The notes under the pieces: model-generated
Seen by the model: only the letters and a program-made list of their open reading frames with translations
The model's database searches: none
Told to the model about the DNA's origin: nothing
Translations under genes and position numbers: made by a program
Shown here: piece after piece, positions 56,774-64,000 of the stretch
Position numbering within the stretch: position 1 is the first letter of the stretch
Layout: every line of letters starts with the position of its first letter
Assembly (NCBI GenBank): GCA_002269645.1
Contig: NIVC01000031.1
Location: 248,001-312,000 of the forward strand
Reading direction: 5' to 3'
Origin: Macrostomum lignano
Taxonomy: Eukaryota
Length of the DNA: 64,000 bases

Positions 56774-58086
56774 CAAGGTGTGGCCAAAAAGTAACGAGAA
56801 TTCAGCTACAAAAATTTCAGAACAAAAAATTGCAAATTCAGTCAACTGCAGCCTTCAAAGTAATTGCTGCCACTCTCAATGCATTGCCTCAATTGCTGGT
56901 GCCAGCTCCTGATGCAGCCCTGGTAGTCCTCCTTCGTGATGCCTCTCAGTACCCCTGTCACGCTCTCCTTGATGGCATCCAAGTCTTCAAATCTGGATCC
57001 TTTGAGTACCTGCTTCACCTTGGGAAAGAGCCAGAAATTGCTTGGCGCCATATCCGGTGAATAAGGTGGGTGGCTCAACTCTGCAACCTGTCTTTTGGCC
57101 AAAAACTGTCTCACTGAGAGTGCTTTGTGCGCTGGAGCATTGTCGTGATGCAGCAACCAGGAATTGTTCTCCCATTGTTCACGTCGAACACGCCGCATCC
57201 TCAGCATCAGCCTCTCGAGCACTTCGTGGTAAAAGTGCTGATTCACAGTTTGCCCCTGCGGCATGAACTTGTGATGGATAAGGCCCCGCAAGTCAAAGAA
57301 TGTGATCAGCATCGCTTTCACCTGCGATCTGCTCTGGCGAGCTTTGATTGGCCTTGGGCAGCCTGGCGATGTCCATTGAAGGCTTTGGCACTTTGTCTCA
57401 GGATCGTATTGAAACACCCAAGATTTGTCTCCAGTGACTATGTTCTCCAGAAAAGCGGCATTAACTTCCAGCTGATCGAGAATGTCCTTGGCGATGTCCA
57501 ATCGCAGCTGTTTCTGATCCTCAGTGAGCAACTTTGGCACCATCTTCGCACACAGCTTCCTCATGCTAAGATCTTCGACAAGAATGTTTCTGACTGACTC
57601 CTTGGCCATGCCCAACTCAGCAGCGATCATTCTGATGGTAAGACGTCGATCAGCATGAACCAAATCTCGCACCCTGGACACATTCTAATCAGTTCTTGCA
57701 GTTGAGGGTCGTCCAGTCTTCTGATCATCATCAACGCTCTCCCGTCCATCCCGGAATAGCTTGTGCCACTCATACACCCTCGCCTGAGACATAGCATCAT
57801 CTCCGTACACCTCACAAAGCAGCTGGAGGCATTCCGATGGCTTCTTGCCAAGTTTCACCAAAAACTTGATGTTGACTTGTTGCTCATTGTTCATTTTGTG
57901 ACATAGCAGTGTGACAGCTGTAATTAAAAATAATAAAAAAATTATGAAAAACAAAACACTTCGACAAAATACTGATTTCTATAAACACTGAGAAGCTGAG
58001 CTTCAAAGAGACATCGTTTGATTTTAGTAAAAGCTCGTATTTTCAGATTTAAACAGTAATTCACGTTACTTTTTGGCCACACCTCG
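56774..58086 (-). mobile_element. Mariner element, 1313 bp, with TA target duplication
   Basis: TA|CAAGGTGTGGCCAAAAAGTAACG ... CGTTACTTTTTGGCCACACCTCG|TA. Confidence 0.95.
56842..57894 (-). pseudogene. Mariner D,D34D transposase, inactivated by an in-frame TAG at 57687-57685 and motif substitutions
   Basis: HTH region EQQVNIKF...GRP, then IVTGDKSW, HHDNAPAH and HPPYSPDMAPSNFWLFP. The two track ORFs are in one frame separated by a single stop. Confidence 0.9.
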
Positions 58087-58249
58087 TATAAGTGCTACAA
58101 TTTCATTTAAAAATTTGATAAGATCTAGCCTAGATGTGAACAGACTGGACTGCTAATGCAGCAACCTGTGTTCAAAACTTAGTAGAGAAATTTTTTTTAT
58201 AAAAAGCTTTTATTAAAAAAATAACTAAAGGACTAAAGGTGTCGTGTAA

Positions 58250-58920
58250 AAAATCATAGAATTGTCATGCAAAAAATTATAGAAGCATCATGTAAAAATC
58301 ATAGAAGTGTCATGTAAACAATCATAGAAGCGTCATGTAAAAAACCATAGAAGCGTCATGTAAACAATCATAGAAGTGTCATGTAAAAAATCATAGAAGC
58401 GTCATGTAAACAATCATAGAAGCGTCATGTAAACAATCATAGAAGTGTCATGTAAAAAATCATTAAAGCGTCATGTAAAAATCATGTAAGCGTCATGTAA
58501 ACAATCATAGAAGCGTCATGTAAACAATCATAGAAGCGTCATGTAAAAATCATAGAAGCGTCATGTAAACAATCATAGAAGTGTCATGTAAACAATCATA
58601 GAAGTTTCATGTAAAAAATCATAGAAGCATCATGTAAAAAATCATAGAAGCCTCATGTAAACAATCATAGAAGCATCATGTAAACAATCATAGAAGTGTC
58701 ATGTAAAAAATCATTAAAGCGTCATGTAAAATCATAGAAGCATCATTTAAAAAATCATAGAAGCGTCATGAAACAATCATAGAAGCGTCATGTAAAAAAT
58801 TGTAGAAGCGTCCTGAAACAATCATAGAAGCGTCATGTAAAAATCATAGAAGTGTCATGTAAACAACCATAAAAGCGTCATGTAAAAATCAAAGAAGCTT
58901 CATTTAAAAACTAATAAAAG
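58250..58920. repeat. About 23-bp minisatellite (ATCATAGAAGCGTCATGTAAA[A/C]A)
   Basis: About 28 copies, with GCGT/GTGT/GCAT variants. Confidence 0.93.
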
Positions 58921-60424
58921 TGTCATTTAAAAAATTAAGAAGCATCATGGTAAAATAAAAGAGGCGTCATGTCAGACATGAAAGGTGTCATGTAAAAATT
59001 AAATGAAGCTATAGTGCTATGCTAGGGAGAAAAACTGAGACGTCAAGGCTCACAGAGAATAACTGAGATTGCAGGGGGGGTTTGAGATGTCAAAGCAAAA
59101 GTCAGAAGCTACTTCTAAGTTAATTTACTTTACTCAATTTTTTATTACATTCTTTGTTAGCTCGCCACAAGGGGCTAATATAGTATTTTGCCAGACACTA
59201 TAGTTATTGCACTTCGATTGCTTGACTGATTACTGTTAGTAGAGTAGCGCTGCCACCACCGTAATTTACATATTACGGAACATTAAAGTCTCAGAGCTTT
59301 CTTTGAGATGAGAAATTGGTTGTTTTACGCCCCACGGGCAAATGACTTAAGATAAACTATGGCTTTTAATTAAGTATTAAACAAAGAACAATTGATGTCA
59401 GTTTAACCAATCGCTGAATATTATTAATATACCAGAGTCGACCAGACGACAGAAAAGTTCTGGCGGAGCTGTGGTGCAGGGGTCTAAATAAGTTAAATTT
59501 GAGTCACTAGTCTTAGTATTTAGGTTTACTCAACTAGGAACAAATAACAAGTATTAAATTTATGTATTAAGTTTATGTAGCGAGAGCAAGAAGGGAGGAG
59601 CAAGGGAAGGGGAGGAAAGGACATGGGGGCAGAAGAGAGAGCCAAGTTAAATAACACAAAAGGAGCAGAAGGTGGTCCAGTGAATAGGGACAGGACGTGG
59701 ACACCAAGGCCCAGAACATGGCGAGCAAAAAGTTCCACAGAGATGCACAAAGAAAAACAAACTTAACAGAAAAAGGGTGTGAAGAACCAGAAAAAAGGCA
59801 GTTATGCCAGAAAAAGGAACAAAATACGTCATAGATTTTGCCAAAGGGTGAACAGATAGGGCCAGAAATGGGGCGGCAGCAAATGGGACAGTCCATAAAA
59901 TGTTATTATAAAATTTAAATATTTGTTAGTGGGAGTCTGCAACTACCACAGAATCACTAAAATGTCAAGGCTTAGGGGAGAAGAATTGCTGAAATTTCAA
60001 GACTTTAGGTTGGGTTAAAGTTAGGTTTAGTTTAGGTGTGGGTTTATGGTTATATTTTATTGGGTTTCAATGTTAACGGGGGATTTTTTAGATTTCAAGG
60101 TTTATGGAGGCCATCGCTGACATGTCAAGGCTTACGGGGGGAATAGCTAAGATGTCAAGGCTCACGGGGTATAAATGAGATTTCAAGGCTAAAGTCAGAA
60201 GCTACATGTAGTTTATTGAATACTTTTATTTAAATTATTTGTTGGCTCCTCAGGGGAGGGATCGCTGATAGAAAAAATGTAATGAAAAAAATAAAAGAAG
60301 CTTCATGTCGAAGTTAAGAGATTCATTTGGGAATCCCTACAATGTTGAGGCTTGCAGGGAATTGCTATAATGCTGTAGTAGTGCTATAATGACTCTTAGA
60401 GAGAATTACTGAAATGTAAATGCT

Positions 60425-60508
60425 TTAGGGTTATGTTAGGGCTAGGTTAGGGTTAGGGTTAGGGTTAGGGTTAGGCTATGGTTAGGGTTAGGCTAGGGTT
60501 AGGGTTAG
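60425..60508 (+). repeat. Interstitial telomeric (TTAGGG)n tract
   Basis: Four perfect hexamers at 60447-60470 within about 13 degenerate ones. Confidence 0.85.
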
Positions 60509-61266
60509 AAGGTTGACAGATATTTCTAGATTTCCAAGGCTTATTGGGGGCATTGCTGAGATGTCAAGGGGGGGATTACTGACATGTCAAGGCTTACAAG
60601 GTTTGACAGGAGATTTTTAAAGTTTTCAAGGATACATGTAGCTTATTAAAAAACGTGTATTGCATTTCTTTGGCTCCCCAACCGGGGCTGTAGATTGCTA
60701 GTGATATACTAATTGGTTTTCTATCTTAGTGATTAGCAGGGATAATTGAGGATGTGCACAGCAACCCCTAGTCTTTTAATAGAACAGCTATATATAGTCT
60801 TTTAGATATGCCAAAAAGTAGCTATAGCTAAGCTATTATTTGGTTGCACATTTGCCTATTTAGAGAGGTGTAATAAATTATTAATAATAATAATAATATT
60901 ATTTTATTAATTAATAGCCATACACATACTATCATAGAAAATTAATGATTAAACAATGCAAGGTTTTTTAACATTAGCTAAGCCTTTTTTAAATCAAGAA
61001 ACACCCACACTCATTTTTAGTATTTATAGATTTGTATTTATAGATTTTGCTAAGAAATATTTTAATTATATAAACTAAAAACTTTTTCAAGTATAACAAA
61101 GCAATTTCTATTGATGTATTTTTATATAAAGTAGATACTGCTCTGAAGTATGAGTATAACAAAATGTATCTAGAGTTGCTAGTACTTAATTTATAATGAA
61201 TATATTTACAAGCTCATTATTAACTTTGTTATATTTTCAGATATAGTTTACACTAAAATAGTTGTC

Positions 61267-63366
61267 ATGTCACAATTCCTTGTGGAACCACTGGCAGTGG
61301 CTAAGATAGTATTGCATGCCTGCAAATATCCACACACTGCTGTCAATGGGGTGAGTAGGTCTAGACAAATGATTTGTATCTTGGGAGTTGGAGTTAATAA
61401 ATTGTTTACTAATTTATTGTTAATGACAGGTGCTTCTGGCTGAGAAACCTTCGCCGGATAGCTCTAATTCAAGCTCTAAGCCTATTGTGATCTGTAATAC
61501 TGTACCATTGTTTCATAGCAATTTGAATTTGGCACCAATGCTGGAAGCTGCCCTGATGCAAATTGAAGCAACTTACAAAAACTATGCTATTGTTGGCTAT
61601 TATCAGGTGAGTTAACATTAATAATTTTAATTGTTACTATTATCGCTTTTGTTGCCATTGATCAGTTCATTTATTTCTTTTTTGGGTTTAGATTTAATAA
61701 GTGGCAAGCCCTAAGGCACAGGGAGTGTACACCCTGTGTGAGCGTACATACACTATTGGCGCGCTTGTATGAGTCAGTTTAATGGGCAGAATTGTCCACA
61801 TAGCCCTCCTGAGAATATTTATTTATAATCATTTAAAGTGGCTCGCTTGGCAAGTAAAATAAAGAGAAATCCGAAAATCAACATGCGGTTTTTTCGACGC
61901 GTTTCGCACACCAAGGTGCATCGTCAGGTATATTTCGTCAGAAACGAAAGGTGTGAGTAAGCGAATTTATAAATTATTTGTCAATGAAACGTATGTAGCT
62001 GGTGAGTAAGTATTACAGAGTAGTAGGAGGTTGATAGTCCGTAGGGCGGGGCAAAGACCAGTAGGCAGAAAACAAAATATAATTGAATGAGCACTGGTTA
62101 CAACAAGGTCAGTGTGCTCTCTCACTCAGAACACACGGAGAACATGGCCTGCACCTCTGTGTTGGAGTTGCGTATTAAGGGTGGGCGACTGGCTTTTTAT
62201 GTACAAGGCTTCTAAGATCTTGAGCTTGTGATCAGATGGGCATTGATCGATGATTTTAAAACGTTCTTCAGGTGTACATTTAGAGCAACTGTTACATTCC
62301 AAAAGGTGGGTTTGGATGGCCGACGGTTTGAGCCAGTGCTCCCTGGTTCTAGTGTGCAGGTGTCTTTTGGTCTTAGTGCAATAATAATATAATTGAATAA
62401 ACCGTTTAACAGGTATTCCCTCAGGTTGGCTCAGAAATTTTCTGCTTGTGTTTTGACATGCTTGAAAGCAGTTTGTTTGCAAGTGTAACAGCCGCCTCAT
62501 TATGTCTCTTTTGTGACTTTGTGACTTTAACCACGTCTAATGCGGAGGAGAGGCGACTTTTCTATCACAAGCGCGTCACGTGACTTGTAGAATCGCAAAA
62601 AGAGTTGCAAAAACATATTCCGAAAATCGTTGTGTTGGTGCTATACTTTCTACTAAATTAGTAGGCTAGTTAGAGCGCTTCAAACATAACTCTGTGACTC
62701 TCTAAATAAAACGCTTCAAAGTGACTCTCTTGGAAGACTCTTTAATGACTTTTTGGCGACTTTAACCGTGACATTCCGTCGTTTTTTCCTTTTTTTCCTA
62801 TAGAGTCACTTCTTTCTTATTTTATCTGTTTTACCTGCCTGCCACGACTCTGAAACGACTTTGGGTCAAGGGTGGGATTATGTGGCAGATATATTGTAGA
62901 AAGTAAATTAAAGCATTTTGCCGATATGTATCGTAGTTAATAAAATTTCACGCGATTTTATTTTTTTCAATTAAATCTCTACTAATAACAACAATTAAAC
63001 CAGGCTAACGAGCTGCTTAACGACGCCTCACCTGATGGTGTCGGCGCTCATATCTATCAGAAGATTGCCGAGAATTGCCCCCTGCCGAGAAGTCTGTACA
63101 TTCTAGTCGATAACAAAGCTATTGATCGGAAATGCTCCACAATTCCATTGATTTATTATCAACGTAAAGAAGCTGGACAAAGCCAGAAACTTGAACGACT
63201 GCCTAATTCAGCCGTTGCTATTGACGGCGAAGAAGATTGCTTAGAAACGCTGGCTAACCTGTTAGTGAGGCAGGCCTATCGAAGTCTGGTGGACTTTGAC
63301 AATCATCTGGACGATATCGGATTGGACTGGACAAACTCTAGGCTGGCTGAGCAGATTCGGAACTGA
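61267..63366 (+). CDS. EMC8: ER membrane protein complex subunit 8/9 (UPF0172). Exons 61267-61350, 61430-61606, 63004-63366
   Basis: KIVLHACKYPHTAVNGVLL, VPLFH, LAPMLEAAL, IVGYYQANE and LVDFDNHLDDIGLDWTN. Both introns are phase 0. Confidence 0.92.
61860..62520 (-). mobile_element. Penelope-like element 3' fragment (GIY-YIG endonuclease end plus tail), antisense in EMC8/9 intron 2
   Basis: TKRHLHTRTREH...AIQTHLLEC...FKII...LKILEALYIKSQSPTLNTQL, typical of the C-terminus of a PLE GIY-YIG domain. Confidence 0.8.
61890..61935 (-). ncRNA. Type I hammerhead ribozyme core of the PLE-associated kind
   Basis: Minus strand reads C-CUGACGA-U-GCAC-CUUGGU-GUGC-GAAA-CGC-GUC-G, with palindromic stem III ACGCGU. 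Stem I pairs poorly. Confidence 0.55.
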
Positions 63367-63454
63367 TCTGCCAGCATACAAGCTATCAACTTGGCGTTTG
63401 GTTTCCACTTTTTTAACACATTGATAGAGCAGTGGTAAAAATATTGATTGACCA

Positions 63455-64000
63455 CTTCAACTGGCCCTAGAATCGCCCCATAAACTGGCCATAGAATCGC
63501 CCCAAAAACTGGCCCTACAATCGCCCCTAAAAACTGGCCATAGAATCGCCCCAAAAACTGGCCATAGAATCGCCCCAAAAATGGCTCTAAAATCGCCCCA
63601 AACACTGGCCCTAGAATCGCCTCATAAACTGGCCCCAGAATCGCCCCATAAACTGTCCCTAGAATCGCCCCATAAACTGGCCCTAGAATCGCCCTATAAA
63701 CTCCCTAGAATCGCCCCATAAACTGTCCCTAGAATCGCCCCATAAACTGGCCCTACAATCGCCCCTAAAAACTGGCCATAGAATCGCCCCAAAAACTGGC
63801 CATAGAATCGCCCCAAAAATGGCTCTAAAATCGCCCCAAACACTGGCCCTAGAATCGCCTCATAAACTGGCCCCAGAATCGCCTCATAAACTGGCCCTAG
63901 AATCGCCCCTTAAACTGGCCCTAGAATCGCCCTATAAACTCCTTAGAATCGCCCCATAAACTGTCCCTAGAATCGCCCCATAAACTGGCCCTAGAATCGC
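63455..64000. repeat. 24-bp minisatellite (CTGGCCCTAGAATCGCCCCATAAA), truncated by the window edge
   Basis: Read directly. It starts about 90 bp after the EMC8/9 stop codon. Confidence 0.96.

Overview
Eukaryotic genomic DNA with GT-AG introns, TTAGGG repeats, polyQ-rich exons and micro/minisatellite-filled introns. It looks like an invertebrate, probably a flatworm such as Macrostomum (inference only). Five host genes can be assembled exon by exon: a PLEKHG7-like DH-PH RhoGEF (+, 2616-13250, 5' end outside the window), a tandem-doublecortin plus IQ-motif protein (-, 25124-19414, with apparent alternative terminal exons reaching 15915), a secreted M12B/ADAMTS-like metalloprotease (+, 32142-34979), MAN2C1 (-, 42804-37237) and EMC8/9 (+, 61267-63366). 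The largest mobile element is a 9.3-kb EnSpm/CACTA (CMC) transposon (43038-52357) with intact ends and a TAA target duplication. It carries a spliced DDE transposase gene, a spliced coiled-coil plus BEN-domain accessory gene and large TCGGCAC subterminal arrays, and it lies about 230 bp upstream of the MAN2C1 start codon. Beside it is a strongly CpG-eroded domain (about 54-61.6 kb) where an RTE-type LINE, a mariner, a minisatellite and the 5' exons of EMC8/9 show CpG transitions, often as CG>TA double changes. Other elements are a decayed Gypsy pol split by a solo LTR, a second solo LTR, several MITEs and SINEs, and a Penelope-like GIY-YIG fragment with a hammerhead core. All gene models, motif calls and counts were made by eye and have not been checked against any database.
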